Assembly: GCA_050043595.1 (NCBI GenBank)
Contig: JBNAIF010000127.1
Coordinates: 43-64,042 of the forward strand
DNA: 64,000 nucleotides
Origin: Nitrososphaeraceae archaeon
Lineage (GTDB): Archaea; Thermoproteota; Nitrososphaeria; Nitrososphaerales; Nitrososphaeraceae
Direction: 5' to 3'
Part shown: positions 20,991 to 30,459 of the stretch, in pieces
Position numbering within the stretch: the stretch's first letter is position 1
Layout of the letters: the number at the start of each line of letters is the position of its first letter
Program-made: the position numbers and the translations under genes
The notes under the pieces: model-generated
Database searches by the model: none
What the model saw: only the letters and a program-made list of their open reading frames with translations
Told to the model about the DNA's origin: nothing

Positions 20991-22427
20991 TTGGTTGAAC
21001 TTTTTGATCTTGATATAAAAGAAGTTAAAAGCGGGTTGAAAAATAAAGAGTTTACCGTAGAAGAATATATATCTCAATTTATGAAACGTATTAAAAAGAT
21101 TGATAAGAAAATAAATTCATTCATAACAATAAATGAAAAAGCAATAGAAGAGGCTAGAAAAATAGATAGAAAAATAGAAAATCATGAAAAAATTGGTGAA
21201 TTAGCTGGAATAGCAATAGGAATAAAAGACAACATAAATATAGAAAATTTAAAAACAACTTGTGCATCAAAAATGCTTTCTGATTATGTGTCACCATATG
21301 ATGCTACAGTAATAAAAAAACTAAAAGAAAATGATAGTATAATAATTGGAAAATTGAATTTAGATGAATTTGCTATGGGATCAACAACAGAATGGAGTAA
21401 TTATGGTCAAACACACAATCCATGGAATTTAGATTATGTATGCGGTGGATCGTCAGGTGGAAGTGCAGCAAGTGTTGCTGCTAGATTGTGTTCAGTATCT
21501 TTAGGTTCTGATACTGGAGGATCGATAAGATGTCCTGCTAGTTTTTGTTCTGTAGTAGGCTTAAAACCTACATATGGTTTAGTAAGTAGATATGGATTAG
21601 TTTCATATTCTAATAGTTTAGAACAGATAGGTCCTATAGGAAAAAAAGTATCAGATGTAAAAACAATATTTAATGTTATTTCAGGTCATGATCCTAAAGA
21701 TAATACAACTGTTAAAAATAATAAAAAATCAAATGATAATAAAAAATCAAAGATTGGTTTTATTAAAGATTTAGTTGAAGGTTCAGATAATGAAGTATCA
21801 AAATGCATATATTCTGCTATAGAGACATTTAATAATTTAGATTATTATTGTGAAGAAACAGAATTAAAATCTGCAGAATATGCACTTGCTTCTTATTATA
21901 CAATTGCAACAGCTGAAGCTAGTAGTAACCTAGCGAGATATGACAATATCAGATATGGATTTGAATTAGATCCTGATGAGTATGAATGGAATGTTTATTT
22001 TGCAAAATCTAGAAGTAAATTTGGACAAGAGGTTAAACGAAGAATAATAGTTGGTTCTTATGTTTTATCTTCAGGTTATTATGGAAAATATTATTTAAAA
22101 GCTCAAAAAGCTAGATCACTTATAAAATCGGAACTGAAATCATTATTCAAGAAATACGATGTATTAATCTCACCCACTGTTCCAGTACTACCTTTTAAAA
22201 TTGGAGAGAAAATAAATGATCCAATGAAGATATATCTATTAGATGTAAATACAGTAATAGCAAATCTGTCTGGTATTCCGGCTATATCCATCCCTGCCGG
22301 ATTCAGTAATAATAACCTTCCAATAGGTATCCAAATAATGGCTGACGAATTTCAAGAAGAAAAATTATTTGATATAGGAAATATGTTTGAAAAATCTATT
22401 AATACCAATACTCATCCTAATTTATAA
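20991..22427 (+). CDS. gatA: amidotransferase subunit A
   Basis: Amidase signature GGSSGGSAA, GSDTGGSIRCPA. Confidence 0.97.
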   Translation: MVELFDLDIKEVKSGLKNKEFTVEEYISQFMKRIKKIDKKINSFITINEKAIEEARKIDRKIENHEKIGELAGIAIGIKDNINIENLKTTCASKMLSDYVSPYDATVIKKLKENDSIIIGKLNLDEFAMGSTTEWSNYGQTHNPWNLDYVCGGSSGGSAASVAARLCSVSLGSDTGGSIRCPASFCSVVGLKPTYGLVSRYGLVSYSNSLEQIGPIGKKVSDVKTIFNVISGHDPKDNTTVKNNKKSNDNKKSKIGFIKDLVEGSDNEVSKCIYSAIETFNNLDYYCEETELKSAEYALASYYTIATAEASSNLARYDNIRYGFELDPDEYEWNVYFAKSRSKFGQEVKRRIIVGSYVLSSGYYGKYYLKAQKARSLIKSELKSLFKKYDVLISPTVPVLPFKIGEKINDPMKIYLLDVNTVIANLSGIPAISIPAGFSNNNLPIGIQIMADEFQEEKLFDIGNMFEKSINTNTHPNL

Positions 22428-22429
22428 TT

Positions 22430-23842
22430 ATGTTGTCTGTAAAGATAGGTCTTGAAATACACTGTCAATTAACAGAATTAAATAGTAAATTATTTTGTTC
22501 TTGCTATTGTAATTATAGAGGAAAAGATCCTAATACAAATGTTTGTCCAATATGTTTAGGATTACCTGGTACTCTTCCATCACTGAACAAGCGAGCGATA
22601 GAATTTGCGGTAATGATTTCGAAATCATTAAATTGTCAAACACCAGAAGAAATTAGTTTTTCCAGGAAAAACTACTTTTATCCTGATCTCCCTAAAAATT
22701 TTCAGATAACTCAATATGATACAACTGGAATTAGTGTGGGAAAAAATGGTAAAGTGGAACATCAGAATAAAATTGCAAGAATACGAAGAGTACAGTTAGA
22801 AGAAGATCCTGGAAGAATAACATACGAAGATGGAAAATTCCAAGCTTTGATTGATTATAATAGATCTGGAGTAGGACTTGTAGAAATTGTCACAGAACCA
22901 GATTTTACAGATCCAAAAGATGTTAGAACATTTCTAAATAAAATGACTTCGATATTAGAACATTTGAATGTATGTAATACTAATTTAGAAGGTTCTTTAA
23001 GATGCGATGTTAATATTTCTATAGGAGAAGGAAAAAAAGTAGAAATTAAAAACATAGGATCTTTTAGAGATGCTGAAAAAGCGTTAACATATGAAATAAC
23101 TAGACAAAGGACTATGAACTTGCATGAGATAGAAATTAAAGAAGAAACAAGACATTGGGATGATAAAAGGAAGATCACGAAATCTGCAAGATCAAAAGAA
23201 GGAGAAGAAGATTATAGGTATTTTCCTGAGCCAGATATTCCAATAATTTTATTGGGTAGAGAATATTTATCTATATTAAATATACCGGAGCTTCCAGATA
23301 AAAGAAAAAATAGATTTATAGAGAATTATGGACTATCAGAACATGTTGCCAATGTTTTAATTGAACATAAACAATTAGCAGATTTATTTGAAGCTGCTGT
23401 AAAAAAATATAATTCGCCTATTTCAATATCAAATTGGATAGTTAGTGATATAATGGGATATATAGATTATGATATAATAAGTAAAAAATCAATGTTATCG
23501 GAACTTAAAATAAAAGAAGATCATATTGTAGAATTATCAAAATTAGTTGATGAAGGTAAAATCAATAGAAATACAGCAAAAGATATAATAACTAGGATAG
23601 TAAAAACGGGAGAACTACCTTCAAAAATAATTCGTGAAAAAAATGTTTCCAAAATAACAGAAAAAAATGAATTAAGTGTAATAATCAAAAAAATTTTTGA
23701 TGTAGAAATTGAAGCGGTTAGAGATGCAAAAGAAAATAAAAACGCAATTAACTTTTTATTAGGAAAAGTAATGAAAGAAACTTCTGGAAGAGCTGATCCT
23801 GACATTACCATAAATTTAATTAAAGAAAAACTTTATAATTAG
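22430..23842 (+). CDS. gatB: amidotransferase subunit B
   Basis: IGLEIHCQL, RKNYFYPDLPKNFQITQ, DYNRSG, RCDVNIS, DYRYFPEPD. Confidence 0.97.
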   Translation: MLSVKIGLEIHCQLTELNSKLFCSCYCNYRGKDPNTNVCPICLGLPGTLPSLNKRAIEFAVMISKSLNCQTPEEISFSRKNYFYPDLPKNFQITQYDTTGISVGKNGKVEHQNKIARIRRVQLEEDPGRITYEDGKFQALIDYNRSGVGLVEIVTEPDFTDPKDVRTFLNKMTSILEHLNVCNTNLEGSLRCDVNISIGEGKKVEIKNIGSFRDAEKALTYEITRQRTMNLHEIEIKEETRHWDDKRKITKSARSKEGEEDYRYFPEPDIPIILLGREYLSILNIPELPDKRKNRFIENYGLSEHVANVLIEHKQLADLFEAAVKKYNSPISISNWIVSDIMGYIDYDIISKKSMLSELKIKEDHIVELSKLVDEGKINRNTAKDIITRIVKTGELPSKIIREKNVSKITEKNELSVIIKKIFDVEIEAVRDAKENKNAINFLLGKVMKETSGRADPDITINLIKEKLYN

Positions 23843-23871
23843 GATTGTTTGTCATAAAAAAAATAATGAGA

Positions 23872-25125
23872 TTAATTATGATGACATAATGTTTGTAAAT
23901 GTTCTAAAATAGTAGGAACAAAAACTCCGACATCGGTAACAATTCCTATAGCTTGAGTAGTTCCTCGATCCAACAATTTAGTAACTACAGATTGATTAAT
24001 ATCTACAGCTACTACCTTAACATATGATGGTATCATATTACCAACTGCAATTGAATGTAACATTGATGATAGCATAATAACCATATCAACATCCTTTAGA
24101 ACTTGTTTATATTTTCTTTGCGCTTCGACAACATCAGTAATAACATCTGGAATAGGACCATCATCTCGTATAGATCCACACAATACAAAAGGAATCGTAT
24201 TTCTAATACATTCATAAATGATACCTTTTTTCAGGATATTGTTCTTGACCATATTTTCTAAAGAACCTGCTTTAAAAACCTCATTTACAGATTGCATATG
24301 ATTTCTGTGTCCACGAATAGCTAATGTACCATCAGTTATTCGCATACCAAGCGAAGTTCCTAATAAGGCATTTTCCACATCATGAACTGCTAAGGCATTT
24401 CCTGTTAGTAAACCATCTATAAAACCTAGTCTGATTAAATTTGCTAAAGCATCAGATGCTCCAGAATGTATTATAACGGGACCTGCAACAACAATTATTT
24501 TTCCATTATTCTCTTTTTTAATTTTATATATGTCTTCAGCAACTTTTTTAATTATATATGAGGTAGGTCTCTCACTAGAAGTATTACTACTCATAAATTG
24601 AAAAACATCTGCACTCTTACGCGGTCGTTCCTGTGGAATTATTCGTATTCCTTTTTCTTTTACTACTACAAGATCATCTTTCTTAATATCTCGAATCATT
24701 TTACATTCTGCATTTTTATTATGTATATCTAAAACGATACACTTGTCCATCATAATATTTTCTACATTAATCCATGATCCATCATAGAATATTTGAGTAG
24801 GATTATTTGATGTACTATAAAATGAATCTGGCATAACCATATCATCTGGAGCTGGTTCAAAAATAACATTCAAAGTTGATATAGGTTGTGCACCCTCTCG
24901 GTATATTGATTCAAGAATTTTTTCTAGGTGAATTTGTGATTTACCTTGAACTAATAACTTTGCGTAACTAGAATCACTCTTTTTTTTACCTACATTAAAT
25001 ACTAATACATTAAAATCACCATTTAGATCCATTATATTATCAAAAATTTTTGTCAAAATCATTGAATCTATAAGATGACCCTTAACTTCAATTTCTTGTT
25101 CAAATTTATTTAAATTATCAGACAA
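23872..25125 (-). CDS. TIGR00300 family protein, probable ornithine cyclodeaminase (AgrE/ArgZ C-terminal type)
   Basis: GHLIDS, FYSTSN, FQFMSSNTSSERP, GNALAVHD, LCGSIRDDGP, MLHSIAVGN motifs. Confidence 0.85.
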   Translation of the reverse strand: MSDNLNKFEQEIEVKGHLIDSMILTKIFDNIMDLNGDFNVLVFNVGKKKSDSSYAKLLVQGKSQIHLEKILESIYREGAQPISTLNVIFEPAPDDMVMPDSFYSTSNNPTQIFYDGSWINVENIMMDKCIVLDIHNKNAECKMIRDIKKDDLVVVKEKGIRIIPQERPRKSADVFQFMSSNTSSERPTSYIIKKVAEDIYKIKKENNGKIIVVAGPVIIHSGASDALANLIRLGFIDGLLTGNALAVHDVENALLGTSLGMRITDGTLAIRGHRNHMQSVNEVFKAGSLENMVKNNILKKGIIYECIRNTIPFVLCGSIRDDGPIPDVITDVVEAQRKYKQVLKDVDMVIMLSSMLHSIAVGNMIPSYVKVVAVDINQSVVTKLLDRGTTQAIGIVTDVGVFVPTILEHLQTLCHHN

Positions 25126-25140
25126 ATTATTTCACATAAA

Positions 25141-25467
25141 TTAGATAGGAAGTGATAACTTTCCAGTATATTCTTTTAAATTTTGTTCCTTTTTAATATT
25201 TGATATTATTTTATTTTTTTGTTCCTCAGAAAACCATTGTGCTATAGATTTAGCAATACCATCTTTGTCACATATAACGATCATATATCCATTTGGTTCT
25301 TTTACTAGTGCGAAAAGATTTTCTTCACCAGCAGGATTCCAATTATTACTTTTATTATCTTTTAATGCTAATGCGGGCATGGCAGTGGAATTAGTATAAA
25401 TATTCAAGAGATCTACTGCTGCATTTACCCTTTTTTCCCCTATCTTTAAAGCTGTAAAATATTGCAT
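25141..25467 (-). CDS. conserved hypothetical protein
   Basis: ATG-initiated, tightly packed in the operon; MPALALKD..W.P.GEENL pattern, recalled from AOA hypothetical proteins. Confidence 0.7.
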   Translation of the reverse strand: MQYFTALKIGEKRVNAAVDLLNIYTNSTAMPALALKDNKSNNWNPAGEENLFALVKEPNGYMIVICDKDGIAKSIAQWFSEEQKNKIISNIKKEQNLKEYTGKLSLPI

Positions 25468-25483
25468 AATAACATTAATTAAA

Positions 25484-26071
25484 TTAGAAAATGGACCTTA
25501 AATGTCTTAGGATATCTGACATATAATAATACACATCAGACTTTTGATCTGTATTATGATTATTAAAATTAATATAATTTGACGCAGAATCGAAAAATTG
25601 TTTTAAATTTTTTTTATTATAACCTTCTTGAAGATAAATATCAGCTTGTAATAATAATTCAAGTTTATCTAATATCTTTACTAATTGAGATTCTTTTGTT
25701 GATCCTGATTGATATTCTTGCCAAATATCATCGTATATAGAGCTAATTTCAATAGGTAGATATGACAATATATTATTCATCGCATCATTTTCTTGCTTGA
25801 TTTTGTCATTTGTAGAAATTTCTCCAGGGATAAAATCGCCTGTAATAGATTCAGATAGATCATGAATAAGGATCATTTTCATAACTTTTTCAGTATTTAA
25901 TTGCAACATATCTGAAAAAAGCATGCCTAATGCACAAGTAGAAAAAGTATGATCTGCAACTGATTCAACTTTGAGAATTTTAGCATTATAAAGCCATCCC
26001 TTCCTTTTTACGGTTTTCAATTTCAAAATAAATTTAACAAAACCTTTTAAATCAAATTTACTTTTGTTCAT
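25484..26071 (-). CDS. HD-domain phosphohydrolase (YfbR/HDDC2-like 5'-deoxynucleotidase)
   Basis: LKTVKRKGW, ESVADHTF, IHDLSESITGD, DKLE. Confidence 0.9.
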   Translation of the reverse strand: MNKSKFDLKGFVKFILKLKTVKRKGWLYNAKILKVESVADHTFSTCALGMLFSDMLQLNTEKVMKMILIHDLSESITGDFIPGEISTNDKIKQENDAMNNILSYLPIEISSIYDDIWQEYQSGSTKESQLVKILDKLELLLQADIYLQEGYNKKNLKQFFDSASNYINFNNHNTDQKSDVYYYMSDILRHLRSIF

Positions 26072-26103
26072 ACTTAAGTATAATTATAATATTCAGTATA
26101 TTA

Positions 26104-26265
26104 TTACTTAATTCCATTAAAATAATATAGATTTTCTATTATATTATACAAAAAAAATACAGATTCTTTAATAAACAAATCAAAAAAATAAGCAAATATC
26201 ATAACACTAATTCCTATACATATTGTAAGTATTATAATTAGTAGAACATTACGAATCTGACTCAA
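26104..26265 (-). CDS. putative 53-aa single-pass membrane protein (not in ORF track)
   Basis: TTG-initiated MSQIRNVLLIIILTICIGISVMIFAYFFDLFIKESVFFLYNIIENLYYFNGIK; fits the gap between two co-oriented genes with about 30-nt spacers. Confidence 0.4.
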   Translation of the reverse strand: MSQIRNVLLIIILTICIGISVMIFAYFFDLFIKESVFFLYNIIENLYYFNGIK

Positions 26266-26294
26266 ATTAGAAATTGTATTTTATATTTGATTAT

Positions 26295-26852
26295 TTAACA
26301 TTTCCATTGAATATCAGGAATATCCAGCCGAGAATTTATTGTTCTAGAAACAACAAATAAAAAATCTGAAAGGCGATTTAAATATATCTTGATCAATGGA
26401 TTAACATTCTCTTTTTTATCCATAGACAATAATACAACGTTACTCTCAGATCTTCTAGCTATACATCTACATATATGAAAATATGATGATTCAATTGAAC
26501 CACCAGGTAAAATAAAAAATGTGATAGGTGATAATCTTTTTTCATATTTATCAATAACATATTCAAGATAATCAATCATTTCTCTTTTAACATTAACAGA
26601 AGATAGGTTATTTGGATCAGCTAAATCAGAACCAACAATAAATAAATGGTTTTGAATTTGTATTAAAATATCTATCAAATCATTAAAGAGATCAGAATTA
26701 TTTTTAGATAAAAATGAAATAACTAAACCTAAATGAGAATTAAGTTCATCGATAGAACCATAAGCAACAATTCTTGGATCACTTTTACTAATTCTACTAC
26801 CACCTAAAAGTCCAGTGCTTCCATCATCACCTGTTTTAGTATATATTTTCAT
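26295..26852 (-). CDS. pduO: ATP:cob(I)alamin adenosyltransferase, PduO type
   Basis: MKIYTKTGDDGSTGL, YGSIDELNS, FILPGG, RRSE, YLNRLSDFLF. Confidence 0.96.
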   Translation of the reverse strand: MKIYTKTGDDGSTGLLGGSRISKSDPRIVAYGSIDELNSHLGLVISFLSKNNSDLFNDLIDILIQIQNHLFIVGSDLADPNNLSSVNVKREMIDYLEYVIDKYEKRLSPITFFILPGGSIESSYFHICRCIARRSESNVVLLSMDKKENVNPLIKIYLNRLSDFLFVVSRTINSRLDIPDIQWKC

Positions 26853-26938
26853 ACATTAATGTTTGATTGTACAAATAAATATATTCTATCAATTCATTTC
26901 ATGAAGAATGACTTATAATAATTTTTGATTATTAATAA

Positions 26939-27112
26939 TTAGTATGAATGAACCTCGGTTTTGTGTTCTTTCAAATATTTTTTCTTTTTAAATCTTTTAT
27001 TACATTTATCACATTTGAAAGGCATATCAAATTCTAAGAGAAATCTCTTTTTCCTTTCTTCTGGAGTTTCAACTATACTATCAGAATTAAGATTAGTTTG
27101 CCTGTTATTCAT
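26939..27112 (-). CDS. 57-aa C2H2 zinc-finger microprotein (not in ORF track)
   Basis: ATG 27112; translation ends FKCDKCNKRFKKKKYLKEHKTEVHSY*, matching F-x-C-x2-C-x3-F-x5-L-x2-H-x4-H. Confidence 0.85.
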   Translation of the reverse strand: MNNRQTNLNSDSIVETPEERKKRFLLEFDMPFKCDKCNKRFKKKKYLKEHKTEVHSY

Positions 27113-27312
27113 TGATACTCATAGTTGATTGATTTTTTTAGTTTATTTAGATTTAGGTATTTAGTTATATTAGAATTATTATTAAGATATTTCATATTAT
27201 TTTTTATATAAAAATATTAATGATTTTTATTACTATTTTTATGAAATTGGAAAAAATAAATCAAACAATTCAAAATACGAATATATATGATTCTTTTAGT
27301 ATAAATCCTGAT

Positions 27313-27417
27313 GCCGTCGTAGCTCAGCCTGGGAGAGCACTCGACATGAATAAATATGAGTATTCATGAGTGAAGCTGAAGACCGAGCTGTCGTGAGCTC
27401 AAATCTCACCGGCGGCA
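27313..27417 (+). tRNA. tRNA-Phe(GAA) with a 31-nt intron at non-canonical position 30/31 (27344-27374); CCA not encoded
   Basis: Acceptor GCCGTCG/CGGCGGC, D stem GCTC/GAGC, spliced anticodon arm CTCGG-CTGAAGA-CCGAG, T stem GTGAG/CTCAC; BHB helix CACT/AGTG. Confidence 0.95.
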
Positions 27418-27450
27418 TTAATTTATAACACAACACTTTAATGAAAATAA

Positions 27451-27618
27451 ATGGTAGAAAACATCAAGCAATTATTTTTAAGAATATTTTGTTCGCATAA
27501 TGAGTCATTTTCATTTAGAAAATATAACGATTTTGATTTTAAAGAATATTGTAAATGTACAAGATGTGGAAAAACATTAGATATAATCAGTGGATTTGAT
27601 GAAGATCTGAGAGGCTAA
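27451..27618 (+). CDS. 55-aa Cys/His zinc-binding microprotein (not in ORF track)
   Basis: MVENIKQLFLRIFCSHNESFSFRKYNDFDFKEYCKCTRCGKTLDIISGFDEDLRG*: CxH...CxxCG pattern, ATG start, next gene 9 nt after the stop. Confidence 0.7.
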   Translation: MVENIKQLFLRIFCSHNESFSFRKYNDFDFKEYCKCTRCGKTLDIISGFDEDLRG

Positions 27619-27627
27619 TTTTAAAAA

Positions 27628-27825
27628 ATGAAAATTAATTTACAATTATTAATTATTTTTTGGTGGATTGGTGCAAGTATTGCTTTGATATCTTTTTTAT
27701 TACCTATATACATACACTATATTATAATTGCAGGAATTGGATGGATAATAATATTATCTTCTACAATTCTCATTGTTTACGAAATAAAAAAAATAAAAGA
27801 AGAAGATAATAACGACAAAATATAA
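27628..27825 (+). CDS. small two-TM membrane protein
   Basis: Two hydrophobic helices and a charged tail; ATG start. Confidence 0.65.
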   Translation: MKINLQLLIIFWWIGASIALISFLLPIYIHYIIIAGIGWIIILSSTILIVYEIKKIKEEDNNDKI

Positions 27826-27835
27826 TGAAAATTAA

Positions 27836-28090
27836 TTAAATATTTTCTTTTCCACCTTGTTCTTCTATAACAACTAGTGTTACGGTAGATGTAATTCCTG
27901 GAATTTTGCGTATTTTATTCGTAATAGTATTATTCATTGATTCAGTATCATTTGATTTGACCTTGACAAATACATCATGTACTCCATAAGTTCCACGTAC
28001 TTCTTTTACATCATCCAAACCGGTTAATTCATTAATAATTCGTTCTTCTGATCCCAAAGTACAATTTACAAGTATATATGCTGTAGACAT
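27836..28090 (-). CDS. stand-alone Lrp/AsnC ligand-binding (RAM) domain protein
   Basis: AYILVNC..EVRGTYGVHDVFVKV..IRKIPGITSTVTL; no HTH. Confidence 0.9.
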   Translation of the reverse strand: MSTAYILVNCTLGSEERIINELTGLDDVKEVRGTYGVHDVFVKVKSNDTESMNNTITNKIRKIPGITSTVTLVVIEEQGGKENI

Positions 28091-28164
28091 ACTTTATAAA
28101 ACAAAGTCTGGATATTTTAATATTGTTCATTAATATTATCTAAATAATAGTATTATTCACAGTA

Positions 28165-29034
28165 ATGCGACTACCATTTAAAGAACCGGATAATTTCTCT
28201 ATGAATATTAATGATGTATTAAAAGTAATACAAGAAAACTATTTTTCATTATTAAAAAATGTTTTACATATAAAAAAAGTAAAGGTTATGTTAGGAGATG
28301 GAACTATTACCGAAACTGAAACATTTGACCTAAAAAATGTAAATGAAATATATAATTTATTTCTGATACATTTATCTAAAGAGAAATGGACCGTAAATGA
28401 CATTTTGCATTCAGAAACAGAAGATTTGCATAGATTATATGTTCAAGTTTCAAAACAAGTTAACAAATTTTATATTTATGGTTATTTTGGAATTCAATAT
28501 CATGTACTACCTTACTATAAAGTTGACAAGAGAATTATAGAAATTCAGAAAGAGTTGATTGCACTTAATGAAAAACAAGCAATTTATGAAGGCGATTTAT
28601 CGAGAAAAGGAAACGAGGTTATAAAGAAAGAACTGGATGATGTAGGATATTCGTATCTAAAATTTGAAGAATTGTTGTCTCAAATGTTCAACGATCAAGA
28701 ATTAATGCTAAAATTAGAAAATAAAGCTTCACAAGTAAAGGAAAATTTTCCCGTTTTAAAAGACATGAATAAAACTCGAACAAAATTAGTAAAAGAATTA
28801 GATGATATGATTATAAAATTATATCGTATAAACATATCAATGATTGATTATAATAAATTAATACAGGGTGAAGAAGGAATAATTTCATATTTCGAAATGG
28901 AGACGATTAAAAATAAGAAAAAAGATCCATTTGTTAACACAAAAAGAATTGATGATAAAAATTCCATGGAAATTATTAGAGAATTTATTATTGTGAAAAA
29001 TACATTAAGCAATTTAATTGATATTAGAGCATAA
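28165..29034 (+). CDS. hypothetical protein with coiled-coil region
   Basis: 289-aa ATG ORF; no motif recognised. Confidence 0.75.
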   Translation: MRLPFKEPDNFSMNINDVLKVIQENYFSLLKNVLHIKKVKVMLGDGTITETETFDLKNVNEIYNLFLIHLSKEKWTVNDILHSETEDLHRLYVQVSKQVNKFYIYGYFGIQYHVLPYYKVDKRIIEIQKELIALNEKQAIYEGDLSRKGNEVIKKELDDVGYSYLKFEELLSQMFNDQELMLKLENKASQVKENFPVLKDMNKTRTKLVKELDDMIIKLYRINISMIDYNKLIQGEEGIISYFEMETIKNKKKDPFVNTKRIDDKNSMEIIREFIIVKNTLSNLIDIRA

Positions 29035-29167
29035 TAAATTATGTATAGGATTTATTGTTGGAAGAAATAAGATCATATAGATTGTATGTATATAAATTAA
29101 TTAGTAAAGTATTATTATTAACTAAATGAGTATACAATTATTTGAAATAATGGAGTAATAATTAAGA

Positions 29168-30397
29168 ATGAAAAATTCAGTAAGAAATATCCCTACATTT
29201 GAAGAAATAAAAGATGCAAGAAATGTTTTAAAAAAATTTATTTTTAAAACTCCATTGTACAAATCACGTACATTTTCAAAAATAATTGGTACGAATATAT
29301 TCTTGAAAAATGAAGCAGTGCAAAAAACAGGATCATTTAAAGTTAGAGGAGCATTATATAAGATACAATCCTTGACTGAGGAAGAAGTCAAATATGGAAT
29401 AATTGCAGCATCTGCTGGAAATCATGCACAAGGAGTAGCATACGCAGCATCTATAAGAAATATTCCATGTACAATTGTTATGCCACAAAATGCATCTCCT
29501 GCTAAAGTAGCTGCGACAAGATCATATAATGCAAAAGTGATTTTAAAAGGAAAAGATTATGAAGAAGCATGGATTAGTGCTATGGAAATTGCAAGAAATG
29601 AGAAAAAAAATATTATTCATGCATTTGATGATTCACAGATTATTTCCGGGCAAGGATCTATTGGACTTGAGATAATAGAAGATCTTAGTAATATTGATGA
29701 GGTTTACCTACCTGTTGGCGGAGGTGGATTGGCAGCTGGAGTTGCTATTGCAATAAAGTCAAGAAATAAAAATATCAAAATAATTGGGGTGGAATCGAAA
29801 GCATTTCCGGCCATGAAAAAATCTTTGGAAAAAGGAACATTACAGACAAGAAAAGGTGATTTTACAATTGCTGATGGAATTTCAGTCAAATCTCCCGGTA
29901 AAATAACATTCGAAATTGCCAAAAGATACTTAGATGATGTTGTATTAATTGATGATAATTCTATTGCAAAAACGATGTTTTTGTTAATGGAAAGATCAAA
30001 AACAGTAGTTGAACCTGCGGGAGCTGCCAGTCTAGCATATTTACTTAGTAATAGACATAAATATAAAAATAAAAATGTAGTAGCCATATTATCTGGAGGA
30101 AATATAGACATGTATTTATTAGGTCAAATTGTAGCAAGGGGCCTGATGCAAATGAATAGAATGTTGAAAATTTTTATTCAATTACCAGACAAGCCTGGAG
30201 CATTAAAAACAGTAGTAGATGGGATCTCTGAATTGAGTGTGAATATTGTAGAAGTGATTCATGACAGACTAAGTACAAATATATCTGTGGGTACTGCCGG
30301 AGTATATCTTAGTTTAGAATTAGAAGATGAAAAACACGCTATACGTTTAATTGATTTTTTAAGAAAGAAGAAAATAGATTTTAAAATAGTTAGTTGA
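29168..30397 (+). CDS. ilvA: threonine ammonia-lyase with C-terminal ACT domain
   Basis: PLP lysine QKTGSFKVRGA, ASAGNHAQG, VGGGGL, LSGGNID; ACT domain DKPGAL. Confidence 0.93.
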   Translation: MKNSVRNIPTFEEIKDARNVLKKFIFKTPLYKSRTFSKIIGTNIFLKNEAVQKTGSFKVRGALYKIQSLTEEEVKYGIIAASAGNHAQGVAYAASIRNIPCTIVMPQNASPAKVAATRSYNAKVILKGKDYEEAWISAMEIARNEKKNIIHAFDDSQIISGQGSIGLEIIEDLSNIDEVYLPVGGGGLAAGVAIAIKSRNKNIKIIGVESKAFPAMKKSLEKGTLQTRKGDFTIADGISVKSPGKITFEIAKRYLDDVVLIDDNSIAKTMFLLMERSKTVVEPAGAASLAYLLSNRHKYKNKNVVAILSGGNIDMYLLGQIVARGLMQMNRMLKIFIQLPDKPGALKTVVDGISELSVNIVEVIHDRLSTNISVGTAGVYLSLELEDEKHAIRLIDFLRKKKIDFKIVS

Positions 30398-30459
30398 AAT
30401 GACGTCATATTAGAAGTTATTATATTATAAGAAATGATGCGAAAGTATATTGTAATTCA

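Noticed and set aside
27313-27417. Integrated element bounded by att repeats at tRNA-Phe or tRNA-Ser
   Set aside because: I saw no duplicated tRNA 3' end and no integrase in the window.
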